The translations under genes and the position numbers were made by a program. The notes under the pieces were generated by a model. It was not told where the DNA came from. It worked only from the letters and a program-made list of their open reading frames with translations, and made no database searches. From Octopus bimaculoides (taxonomy: Eukaryota): a DNA stretch of 64,000 nt. This document shows, piece after piece, positions 26,392 through 38,418 of this stretch; within the stretch, counting starts at the first letter, position 1, and each line of letters starts with the position of its first letter. The DNA is taken from assembly GCF_001194135.2 (NCBI RefSeq), contig NC_068985.1:77500568-77564567 (forward strand), read 5' to 3'.

Positions 26392-29300
26392 ACTACTACT
26401 ACTAATAATAATAATGGCAATGTTAATTATCAAGATTTTCCTAAGTTCAAACATTAGAATTTTTTTTTATTATAATGATTAAGAAATTGATGTTGAATTA
26501 CAGTACATACACAAGCATATATATGCATGGATGAACACAAACTCGTATGCACGTGCATGCATTCTCATGACACATGCATGCATAGATACATACACATGCA
26601 AGCAATCCCCTACTCTCTCTCTCTCTCTGTCTTTCTACTTTGCCAATTCATTCACTACTTGTCTCATTTCTTCAAACATCTTTCATTCCTCCCTCTTCTT
26701 TGTCCGTGTTTTCTTCCTCCTTTTTAGTCTGCCTCTTTTTCTTCTCCACCTCTCCTCATTCTCAATGTATTTACTGTTAAATCAATACTACACCTTATCA
26801 TCTGCCCATATAGTCAATTACTGTCCTCATTTTACATATTCTGTTCGTCTGTCTGTCTGCTCCCACCCCCATTCCCTTCATGCCTTGGTGCTATCATTTA
26901 ACCAGGGCCTGCCATATTTATTCATAATACCTTTACTGCTTCAAACAGAAATACTTTGTTGCTGTCTCATCTTTTTCTATTTTACCCCCTCCCCTTCACT
27001 CATTCTTCCATCGAGCAATGACCTCCCCTTTCAACTTTCTATACATGCTTATTGATCTTTCATTGATCCTGATGGCATCAGAATAAGAGGCCACCTACCC
27101 ACCGTACGTGTCAGTTCATTCCCAAGCCGTCTGTTGATTCCCCTTTCTCTTCTACCCCATCACTGCTATGAAACACTACTGAGGCTTTGGTCATAACTGC
27201 ATATTATTATTTTGTTGTTGTTGTTGTTAATATTTAGTAGTGCAGTGGATGGGCTAATTGCTTTGTAGCATTTTATTATGATCCTTTATGGTCAGAGCTC
27301 AATTCTTGCTGGGGCATGAGGGTTCAACTCTGTATTTCAACCTTCTGGGCTTTATAGAATAAAATACCAATCAAGGACTTGAGTTCAGTTTAGGTGATGT
27401 GTTTCCCTAGATTGTGTGTGTGTCTCCTAGTGTTGACATCACGTGAAAGTTGTAGATGAGTGTCCCTGTCACACCAGTGGTGTCATTAATTTCCAGTCTT
27501 CTGTTCAAATATGTCTACCCATGAGGGAAATAATATTTTGCTTGGAAACAAGTGAAGGTTGAAGTCAGGAAGAGCATCTTCCTCCAGCCTGCCTATGCAT
27601 GACACTGTACCAGTGTCAAAAGTCTGTACAAGAAGACAACACCAGAGTTTGATTGAATGCTTCATGGTAATTTTGTTTAGCACTTCCAATTTTATCAGTA
27701 GCACCATTGATTTATTGATTTACTTAGTGTTGATATAAATTAGATGGGTTTGCAAGACTTGGAAATTTCACATAACCTTCTTTTTGAGATTTTGGGACAT
27801 GATACCGTTTCAATAAAATTTGAATGGACTGTTTAAAATGGCTATAAACAGTGGAGTTTCAGATCAGGATGCCCACATAAGTTGGATTTTCTCCATTTTG
27901 ATTGGGATTTTTACAATTTGTTTTTCACCACAGCTTTGGAAATGATTGTACTAAGCTTTTTTATGAAAATTTTTTTTTTAGTAAATTTATTTTTTTCACA
28001 TCTTTCCACTTCCCCAGACTAATTTTGGCCAATTGTTTCTTGCACTACTCTTAAAAATGATGGGAAGAAGTTTTTGGTATAAAAAAACAAAATTTTTGAA
28101 AATATTTTCAGCCAAAGAGGTGTGTGATTTAAGGGAGATTGTTGATTCTTACATATTCTATGACCCCTGATACCTTTCTCAGAACTGCATGTAGGCTTAG
28201 ATAAAAAAACAAACAAAAATGTGAAAACTAATATCTTGCTTTAGCATTAAAACATTTGTAACTTACAGCAAACTCATTAGTTGGAGAGTAAGAAAAAAAA
28301 GGAAAGAAAAAAGAAAACCATAACAAATCAGCACTACTTCTGCCACAAATTATCTGACTGTATTCAAAATTGGCAAAACAAAAATAATCACATTGGGCTT
28401 TAATAGTGTACAAAAAATATTCATTGCACAATATAATTTTTATTGGTGAAATTTGACCAATATTTCTCAAAGGAAAACAAAATTTATATGTACAAGAATA
28501 CCTGCTAGGTTCAATTCGGACCTCACTCTCCACACATTGTTAAAACATGGAAAGGAAATAAACAAAATTCTGAATGACAATTTCATGCTAATTTTGGGCT
28601 CTAGAAGACATATGTAGCTCAATTTAGTGCATTTTTTTCATAGAAATATATGTTTACTTCACAATTAGTTCCTCCATTTCTTGAAATACTGACTCAAACT
28701 TGATATTTGAAACCTTGGATTCATGTTCTGTTTCAGCTCTTGCCATGCTGTAATTCATTAGTTTGACAAGTTGTGTCAGTATACATTAATACTACACTAG
28801 CAGTCATGATAGTCCCCTTTTTATTGACTTTGCATTTTTGCGTCCTCTCATTGCCAGATTCAGCAATAGCTGTATTGAATTCATGAGAAATTTTTCTTAT
28901 GGTATAAAAATTTTGAAGAAAATATGCCCTATTCTAAGTGAAAATTAACAAGAAAATTTTCACTTTTATATTATAAAACAATTATCTGACCACCCCCGTC
29001 AATTTTTCTATCAAAACGAAGCAAAAAATGTCCTCTTTTTGTCTGTATCATTTTCAACACAAATTGAATTAGTGCTCCAGCATCTTGATAATACTAAGAC
29101 TCTAGAAACACTTGTGTACCCAAAATCTCTCTTTTTTTTCTTATTTATCTTCATACTTACCTTCAGCAGTGCAGTATAAATTTTTGTGATATTTGGGACT
29201 CAATTTATTAAGGAAAGCAATTAAACACAATTTTTGTTTGTTATTTCTTGATGACAAAAAAAAAAATATCGCTTTCATGTCGTCAACATACATACAGAAT

Positions 29301-29689
29301 ACACACACATAATGAATGTCATGGTGTATCAATCAACACAAACACACATCCGCTATCTGTGACATATACACACACATAGTCTTCACACTCTCAAAGGAAA
29401 AAAAAAAAGCATCAACTTTTTGATGTACACAATATTTTAATCATTTAGAAATATTTTTAACTGAATGTGATTTTAAAAATGTAATTTGTTTGTACAGTAA
29501 GTATTCAGATTTTAGCTTTTTTCAAACAGACAAGGTTTTAATGTTTTTTTAAAATTATTTTCAAGTGAATGACGATCTTTCGCTTATCATCTGGAGTTCA
29601 TTAATTTCCGTAAAAAAATGACATCTTTCACTTTCTCCTCTGTTTCACTTTAAAACAAAATTAAATAAATAAATTTTTTATGTAAATTA

Positions 29690-30080
29690 ACAAGCAAAAC
29701 CAGCTGATCCGGATGACAGTTCTGAGAGACAAAGCAAAAGATCACCCCAAGGGAATGCCATTACAAAAGATTTTTTCAGTGCATTCAACATATCTCAGCT
29801 CCAAAGATTTGGCTGCTATTTTTAGCATGCCCTACTACCATGTAACAGCTATTTGTGATAAAGGACCCGAAATACCTGTTACATGGTAGCAAGGCATGCA
29901 TGAAATAGCAGCCAAATCTTTCCTTTTTTAGGGAAAGGAGCTGTTTACGCGTGATTTTGATGTCACATTCATTGAAAGCATGCAAAATAACCTGGATAAG
30001 AAAAAAAACCATTAAAACAAAACTCTGGTGCTAGGAAACTCAGATTTTCCAGGTGACCCAACGGGTCACGGGTAGTCTAG
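29690..30080 (+). mobile_element. Helitron-like 3' terminus (5' boundary not determined; start coordinate is nominal)
   Basis: Hairpin GTGACCC-AAC-GGGTCAC (30053-30069), then CTAG at 30077-30080 followed by T. This is the canonical Helitron 3' geometry. Confidence 0.6.
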
Positions 30081-30282
30081 TATTGATTTAAAACAAGGGC
30101 TACCATTCAGTAGTTAAAAACGAAGTCAGGACAAACTTTGGTGAATAGGTGGAAATACAAGGGTGATTGAGGAAACATGTGTCAGATTTTGATCAAAAGT
30201 ATATGAGAAGAAAGTTCACATCTAGAACTTTCAAATGATATATAATTGTTCACAGGAAAAAAAAATGTATTTTGACAGCTGG

Positions 30283-30410
30283 GAGATAGAAACTGAAAGA
30301 AACCTGCCATGTGTGTGTTGGTATCGCCTTGTCTTAACATTGCATGATAATTGTAAATGAGGTTCATTGTCATGCAAGCAGTGCCATTCATTTCCAATCT
30401 TCCATGCAAA
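30283..30410 (+). mobile_element. SINE family A internal fragment, joined directly to the LINE endonuclease
   Basis: GAAACTGAAAGAAACC..CCTTGTCTTAACATTGCATGATAATTGTAAATGAG..CATTTCCAATCTTCCATG matches 19980-20090. Confidence 0.7.
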
Positions 30411-30825
30411 AAGTCCCCTAACAAAACTACCGTTTTAGACGTTAGTAGAAAGTACTCCAGATTCCAGAAAAAACCCGACTGCCCATGCTCGTTACAAGCA
30501 TAGACAGCTACCGACCCGAAGGACTGCTTACTCTCGTGTGTTACATTGAGGACGACCAGCCTACCTTCTGGGTCCAAAAAGACAGTACTTATCTGTAAGT
30601 CCAAGCTCTTCCTGATCAAGACTGCCACGCCTGCACCTCCTCTTCGGCTCGGAGAAATGAATTTCTCGTAACCATTGAGGAGGGGTGAGAACGCTTCAGG
30701 TCCCTTCATCTTGGACTCAGTTACAACAGCCACATCTATTCTATGTGAAATGAGGTCGTCCAGAAAACAAGATTGTTTCCATTCGACTCCATTCCACGCA
30801 CAATAGAGCACCTTAACTTAATCAT
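30411..30825 (-). pseudogene. LINE ORF2 apurinic-type endonuclease (EEP) domain, frameshifted and truncated
   Basis: ATG at 30825 gives MIKLRCSIVRG (degenerate NVRG motif), then after a frameshift WKQSCFLDDL..IDVAVVTE..GGAGVAVLIRK..DPEGRLVVL..AVYA..VVLLGDF, ending at the GDF motif. Confidence 0.85.
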
Positions 30826-31432
30826 TGGAGAAATAAATTAAGTTTACTTACGTTTGCAAGAGGGAGCATGGCGGTTTATGTTTGCCTGCTTCCCTAATGC
30901 TTTCCCGTCTCTGCTGGGCTCTTTCTGGGAGTTGTCATCGGGCTCTGGGCTGGGATGACTGCTGGGCTGATTGGCAATTTATTCGGCCAATAGTCTCTTG
31001 TCACATCTATTATTACATTGTTTTTAATGTTCTCCTGCACCAGTCTATTATCCCAGTACTCTTTGCCTATTTTTGGGTAGCGGTACTGGTCCTTGTCGCA
31101 CTTGAACATTTCTCTGTTTCCACTTTTTTGGAACAATGTCACTATCTTCTTATTAATACAGTTGACAGCAACAACTTTGTCTGTTTTTTTTTACACATTT
31201 CCTTTGAGGTGGGTTTATTGGTTTGATACAATCCTTTCCAATAAACGTATGGGGAGGGTGTGATTGGGAGATTTTTTGTTCTTGGTGTCTGTGTGTATGT
31301 CTTACTTTTTTGTTTGGGGAGGGGAATCAAGTGTATTTTGTTTTTTCCGCTTATTCGTAACTGTTACATACTCCATTTCTGCAGGTTCGCTTTTCTCCGT
31401 TGCATTTGTCTCTTCGTTTATTTTTTCTTTTG

Positions 31433-32330
31433 TTATTCCTTTTTGTATTTCTTCTTGCTGTTTCTGGTTGTTTTTTTTTTTTCCTCCTCAATTCTTTTTT
31501 TTTCCTTCTCTGCATTTGCCCTTTTCATTTCTTTGTTTGCTTTCGAAGGAGGGACATCACTCGCGTTGCTGTTTAACTTCTTTTTGGAACAGTCGGAACG
31601 GACATAACCCTTTTGTCCGCATTTGAAACATCTGGTTCGACGTCCTTCCACTGACAAGCAGATGGTGTGCCCCTCCATCACAAACACTCTGTCGGGCAAA
31701 CTTGTGAGAACATTATTTTCTCCTTGCATAACTATTTCTAGCGTCTGCCCTCTCCAGTTGATTGCCTCCTTCTTCTTCATACTCAGTATATTTAATTTTT
31801 GTTTGGCGTCAAAAAATACTGCTGCTGCCACCCACATTACATCATACCCGGCCGGTCTGTCTTCCACTGTTATTCTAGCCGTTCTGCGTCCCATGTAAGT
31901 GGGTAGCAGCATAATAGTTTCATTTTTTAAGGTTTGAGTTGAAACCTCCTTTGCTACGTTAGCCGAGTCGAAAATGTACTTCAACAGTTGCACTTCTTGT
32001 GCCTCAACTAACGTAGCGAACTTTCTGCCAAATTGGAGACAAACATCTCTCCACAATATCTGTCTTTACTTCTGCTATCCTTTTTTCTTTTATGTTGTAG
32101 ACTTTATATACAACTATTTTTTTCTTTAATTGCGTTTAGCAATTCTGGGAGCAGTATTAATTTTGTTTCTTCGCCCACTTTCTGTATCAGTTTGTCTATG
32201 CTGAAACAGCTTGTCCATGGTTACTTCTAATTCTGTTGAGCTTCCGCTCATTGCCTTGGAGAAACTTGGTTTCCTTTGTTCCCTTTCAGCTTGATTATCC
32301 TCTCCCACTCTGGGGAATTCCACTTTGGAC
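31433..32330 (-). pseudogene. LINE ORF1 (gag-like) with degenerate CCHC knuckle
   Basis: The 207-aa frame 31433-32056 contains CFKCGQKGYVRSDC (CX2CX4[H>Y]X4C at ~31599-31640) and a Lys/Glu-rich tail. The N-terminus continues upstream through frameshifts. Confidence 0.75.
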
Positions 32331-32521
32331 ATTAAATCCAACTCCATACTTGTCACAAGACAAGAAAAATTTTCACACCACAATACACAGAAATTTTTCG
32401 CCCCGAAGGGCAAAAATAACTGTAAAACACAAGCAGAACACGAACTCACTCCGGCAGCAACAAGAAACGTTGAAACAAAATCAAGGAGAGTATCCACAAG
32501 AGGAAAAAAAAAAAAGGGGGG

Positions 32522-33300
32522 TTGCTAGCTGTCGATACTTATTCACCTCTGAAAACATAGAATTTTAAGTGAAATAAATTCACTGATCTACAAAATTAGA
32601 TATATTGCATTTCTAAATCTCTCAGAAATACCTATACAGTAGCAGCACAATAAAGTAATGATTTGTTGCCAACTTGATGTGGCAGTCCCAGGAAAGGGAA
32701 GAAGGTTACTGCCATTTAGCCCCAGGAAACACTGTTTCCAGTTGGCCATGTGACACAAGTGTACTGTGTCCTTATGTTTTCAAACAGGGGAGATAAGCAC
32801 CTTCTCACATGGCCAATTGGAAATGGTGTTTCCTGGGGCTAAATAGCAGTAGCATTCTTCCTTTTCCTGGGACTTCCACATTAAGTTGGCAACAAACCAT
32901 CACTTTATCGTGCTGCTACTGTATAAGTCTCTCTGAGATTTAGAAGTGCAATATTTCTAATTTTGTAGATCAGTGAATTTATTTCACTTGAAATTCTATG
33001 TTTTCAAAGGTGAATAAGCATCGACAGCTAGCAAGCCAAGCTACTGCAGACTGATGAAGAGCAATGACTCTGAAACTAGTCTCTGGATGCTGGCTTTGCT
33101 GGGTGGATGTGGTTATTTCCCCTGTTTGAAAACAAAAGGACACAGTATGCTTGTGTCACATGGCCAACTGGAAACGGTATTTACAGGGGCTAAAGAGCAG
33201 TAGCATTCTTCCCTTTCCTGAGACTGCCACATTAAGTTGGCAATAAACCATCACTTTATCATGCTGCTACTGTACAAGTGTCTCTTAGAGATTTAGAAAT
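32522..33300 (+). mobile_element. Penelope-like pLTR / retrozyme array: inverted partial unit, then tandem ~351-bp units, cut by a gap
   Basis: 32522-~32752 is the reverse complement of 32805-33033. TCACATGGCCAA recurs at 32805 and 33156 (period 351). Contains a hammerhead core. Confidence 0.8.
33047..33085 (+). ncRNA. Minimal type I hammerhead ribozyme
   Basis: Stem I CAGA/UCUG, core CUGAUGA (33051-57), stem II AGAG-CAAUGA-CUCU, GAAA (33072-75), palindromic stem III ACUAGU, GUC cleavage triplet ending at 33081. Confidence 0.8.
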
Positions 33301-35754
33301 NNNNNNNNNNNNNNNNNNNNNNNNNNNNNNNNNNNNNNNNNNNNNNNNNNNNNNNNNNNNNNNNNNNNNNNNNNNNNNNNNNNNNNNNNNNNNNNNNNNN
33401 NNNNNNNNNNNNNNNNNNNNNNNNNNNNNNNNNNNNNNNNNNNNNNNNNNNNNNNNNNNNNNNNNNNNTTTAAATTAAAATGTACAATCTTTTATTTCAG
33501 TTGAGAGAAAAAGAAAAGGAATTTCAAATTAATTTCTAAAGTTGTATGTGGTGGGTGTGCATGGTTGTGGTGGAGAACAAGGCGAGAATTGTAAAAATAT
33601 ACAGGATGAAGGGAAATTGAGAAGGATGCTGAGTCCTAGGAATTTGTTGTTAAGTGACTTGGATGGATGTCACTCGATGAATGCAAGGCCATTAAAGCCT
33701 CTGAAGTGTAATATATTTTAAAGCGAACAGGAAACAAGGGAAGTATATGGGTATGGGTGAGGTGAAATATTATACACATGTGCGCGCGCGCGCACACACA
33801 CACAGAGTGAGAGAAAAAGAGAACAATTGTTGATTTTAAATGGGATATGATGAGGGAAAGAGAGAGTGATGGTGGTGGTGGTTGTGGGGGTGGAAATAGA
33901 TTAATAATTACATTGAGAATAAAAAATAAAATGCTTAGAATAAGTGGTTGAGTTAGAGATTTTTGAAGGGTTACAACTGTGATAGAAATGATGTATGAGA
34001 AGGATAAAATTGTAGCTATTCATGCCCTTATTGAAATATATTTGTGTGTGGTTTGTTTAGACCCAGGTCAACTATAATTGAGAAAACTGGTGATCAAAGG
34101 CTATTCAGCTGTGACTATCTTGTCTTTTTATATATCAGGCATTGCATCATTTAATCATGTATCTTTATGTGACACCAGCAACTCTAAAGTCAACAAGTAA
34201 CTTGCAAGACAAGACCCCTTAACTGCAGAATTGAGGTAGGTGGCTCTGTTCCAGGGTACGAGAGATTTGAGTATGAATAAAGGGCTCAGAATATTGCTGA
34301 TAACAAATGATGGGCTTTGACCCTATTAATCTGTTGGTCAGCATCTGAAAGACTTGGTTAGTTATAGTTCCTACTTTCTGGATCATGTGGTTTTCTCTAC
34401 TGGTGAGAGTGGTTCTCTTATTGGCCCACACTGGCTTGGTTGATGTTGAGTAGGCTCAGTCAGTTCTGCTTGAGCACAATTAACTGGGCCTCTTCATTGG
34501 ATGTAGTTGTGATACAGAGGTAGGTAATTAAATGAAGTGTTTGATTACTGTTCCTAGTTATTTAGTAATTTTGTCTCTCTTGTGTCCAAATTATCCATGA
34601 GATTTAGAGACTTAAAAAGCATGTAATTCTTCATTTGGAGATAGTATGGGCTTTGTTGGAAAAGATTTATCTGCCATATTGTTTTGGTCAAAGTCTCAAC
34701 AAAGAATCCTTTTGAGTGGCACTAATGTTATTTTATTCCTTTCTAATCAGTTGTGACATGTGGAAAACAAAAACTTATGTATATATTTGATAAAGAATTT
34801 TCACCAAGTTTACTTATATTTCATTGTAGTTCATACGAATTGTTTTAAATTTGTGACTTGTTGAAGTTGAAAACAATTCTTTTGCTGATGTTTTTTAGCT
34901 CTTTTATGACATTTTATTCTGTAAAGAGAAAAAAAAAATTGAAAGAACAAACAATTGGATCTTTGTTGTTGCTAGTTGTAGTGTTAGTTTTGTTGTTAGT
35001 TTTATTTTCAATCTTGTTCTTTGTTACATTCTTGGTTTTGTGGCTGAGTGGTTAAGAAGTTTGCTTTGCAGACATGAGTTTCAGTTGTGATCCCATTGCG
35101 TGACATTTTGGTCAAGTGTCTTTATTATAGCCTTAGAAAAATAAATAAGTAAATGAGTAGAAATTTTACCAGTGAGTGTGTTAAATTATAAGGCACTAAA
35201 AAGGAAATGACTCTCCCCAGACACAACTGTTCAGAAAGTTGTATGTATTGTACCAATAATTGAAAAGTCCAACCTAGTCACATATTGCATCATGCTGGTA
35301 CAGCTTGAGAATTACATTAAGGGTACATATGTTTGTCAGATACTCAGCTTCTTAGACTTTAATTTAATGGGTTGGACATTTAGTTGGGACAAGGATGAGG
35401 TATTTGTGCCAAATGTTCATTGAATTTCACTTTTGATGGTCTATCGTCTTATCCAAAAGAGCAGAATTGAAAGTTAAGTACAACAGACTTTATAAATTCT
35501 AGCAGTTTATGTTGATATATTGTACCACATATTGTCAGATAATTCCTTTTTGATCATTTCCCACCAATTCCACTTTATATCTGAAAATGTAACCAGCAAA
35601 GTGTTGGGTATTGTTCAATGTAATGCAATTGTGATGGCAACGTTTATTTCTATTTGACATATCAAGTCTTTATACTCGTATAAAAAAAAAATGTTAATGT
35701 CCCTTTGTTTTAGAGTAAATATGTAAACAATAATTAAGTGAGCATAAAGCTTCT

Positions 35755-35787
<33 letters not shown>

Positions 35788-38144
35788 GTAATTTGTGTCA
35801 GTTTTGATATCAGCTGATATCTCAACCAATATTTGCTGTTCTATAAAACTTAATATTCTGTTGATAAGCCCAATATTGAAAGCCACTTATCAGAGGCATA
35901 TTGGATGTCTGAAAGTAATGAACGTATTTTTCACTGTCTCTGAAGCAAGTTTGGAACAGCGTAATTTTAGAAGGCCCTAACAAATAAGACCCTAATACTA
36001 TAAATCTGTTTTTGGTAGGCAAATGAATATTCCAAAGATATTTGTCTTTGTTTGTTATACACATCTGGCTCCATTGTTACTACCACTGATAGGATGGTAA
36101 TGGAAGTAGAATTGCTGTACACCAAGTGGCTGCCCTGTCACATGGCACCTCATGTGTTAAACTGTTTGAGTGCACAGTTTATTTATCAGTCATTCACTAT
36201 AGTGAAGGTCAGTGCAGTAACTTGGGTTCTTGAGGTGACAACTCTTCACATGCCCCAGTCCAGGATGCAGCTATCCTTCCTCAACCTATTCACAAATGTT
36301 ATCCTCTGAAAATCATACATCATCATGCATGGACTCCCAGAGAACAAGTCTTGGAGTGATGCAATGAGAATAATGGATATTGTGGCCAGCAACCTTTACT
36401 TAAGTTTTTTTTTTTTTTTTTTTTTTTGTTAAATCTTTGTGTTCATCAAATGTAAACTAGTGTGGAGGCGAACATTGTTCATGTTTTCCACCCACAAGAC
36501 ATCCTCAGCTGTATGGAGTATCCAGGTACAGTTCCTATTTAATGATTTCTTGTGGGCAACAGTTAGTGCTCATATCTTTTATTAAACAAAGATGTAGTGT
36601 ATTTTGAGCAAACTAGTGGTGGTCTGCTTTGATAAAAATAGAAATCATTTAACAAAAGTTTGCAAATTTGGATGTTTGAATGTTATGTGGAGATGTCACT
36701 TCTGATGTTTCATGAAAAGATCTTCTCTAAAGATAAAAAGGATATTCAAGATAGCAGTGAAGAAACCTACTTTCTCATTGTTATCCTAGATATTATCCAT
36801 ATTTGCAAACTTATTAAAACACATTGTATATCAACTGAAGACACCTTATTGATTTGTGATATGCTATAGGTTGTCTTTTTCGGTTGTCCTTGGTGTAAAC
36901 AACAACTACCACAACCAAAATTACAATTACCAGACATCTTCATGTTAGATAAGATAAATCTAGATGTGTTCCTGAATATGATGCTTACCTATTGTAGGTA
37001 AATTTTCTTAAAAATATAAGTGCTTTATCTTTATAGTTTTGGTGATCAAAGGCACTTGCAAAATGTCCTGCTCCAGAACTTGCAGAGACTTTCAACTAGA
37101 ATCTCATAAATTGGTAGACCAATATTTGATTTGCTAAATAATTCTACATGTATGGGCCTAATACAGTTACCTAATTAATAACAATTTATTAATTACTTTG
37201 CAAAGAATATTTTCACCAGTACCAGTAATTACTTAATAATCATATTTAAACTTGAATTCTTCTGATATTTGTCATTCATTTTTAGATTTATGATTGAATG
37301 TTAGTAATAGGTTGTTAGTCTGTGTAGCAGTAAAGGAAATTGTGTTGTGTGTCTGTAAGCAGCAGTGTGTGTGTGTGTGTGTTAGGAGTTGATTTCAGAT
37401 GAAAGTGTGTGTGACTGTGCAGAAGTGTGTCTGAGTGTATGGTTACCTAGAACTATGTATGTGATTATATGGGTGCATCTGTGCGACTATTTAGAAGTGC
37501 GTCACTGACTAAATAGAAGTGTGTGTGTGTGTGTGTACAGCAATGTTAAAAACTCTGTTTCAATAAATAGTTTTCTAAGATGTCAAGTATACAGCTATTC
37601 CTTGCATTATGTAATCAAGGTGTCCAACTCAGAACAATTGCAGACTGTCCCTAATGGGTGATGTTAATATACTTTTTTTGGTCTGAACACTGGAGGGAGC
37701 TGTAAGGAATTGTTAGTTCTAGGAAGGAACAGTTAGATGTAGTGTTTGGTGTGATGTTTATGGTGAGAGATGTATAGAGGAGAAGAGTAAGTTTGTATTA
37801 TAGTGTAGGGTATATACCTTGATAATTTAGCAGTGTTGTTTCACCCTAAGTCAGCCTTCACCAAGCAGATTTTTGATCAAGAAGCTTTCATCTGTAACTA
37901 TTGCATCTTTTTCCTCAAGCATAACTTTATCCAGTGTCTTTCCTTTCTAAAGATTTCTTATCTTTTAGTCAAGAAGAAAGGCAGTGCCCATGACTCTTTT
38001 CAGGACCTCTGAGACTGGCATGAAGGCAGACTGTATCTTTAAACTGGAGACCATGCTTGCAATAGAGAGAATTCGATTCCCATTACTACAACAAGGCCAG
38101 GTGGTGGAGTTAAACCAAATGAAGAATTGTTTGTCACATTAGAT

Positions 38145-38212
38145 CAGTGGTTCTCAACCATTTTTTGCCTTTGATTACTATTTTACTTAACTGAACATCC
38201 ATAGCCATTTGA

Positions 38213-38265
<53 letters not shown>

Positions 38266-38418
38266 TCTATTTTCATAATTAAATATTATTAGGAATTGTA
38301 TAAAAATATTAAAATAATTTGTGTATTGTAGAAGTATAATCAATTTATTGCACATTAATTGAAATAATATCATGTATGGACACTCAATGGCCATATGGAC
38401 CCTGGTTGAGAACCGCTG
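38145..38418 (+). mobile_element. hAT-type (Charlie-like) MITE with internal TG/TA microsatellite
   Basis: TIRs CAGTGGTTCTCAACC / GGTTGAGAACCGCTG; flanks CATTAGAT and C(C)CCTAGAT form a degenerate 8-bp TSD. Confidence 0.8.

Larger units (their letters stand above)
30411..32520 (-). mobile_element. Tx1/L1-clade non-LTR retrotransposon: 5' UTR, ORF1 and APE domain present; RT and 3' end missing
   Basis: ORF1 with a zinc knuckle lies upstream of an APE endonuclease in the same orientation. The 5' region starts with a pyrimidine-rich CCCCCTTTTTTTTTTTTCCTCTT tract. Confidence 0.85.

Noticed and set aside
34200-36400. GC-richer stretches with part-open frames (34219-34431 and 36052-36309)
   Set aside because: Multiple stops in all frames and no identifiable motif or splice support.
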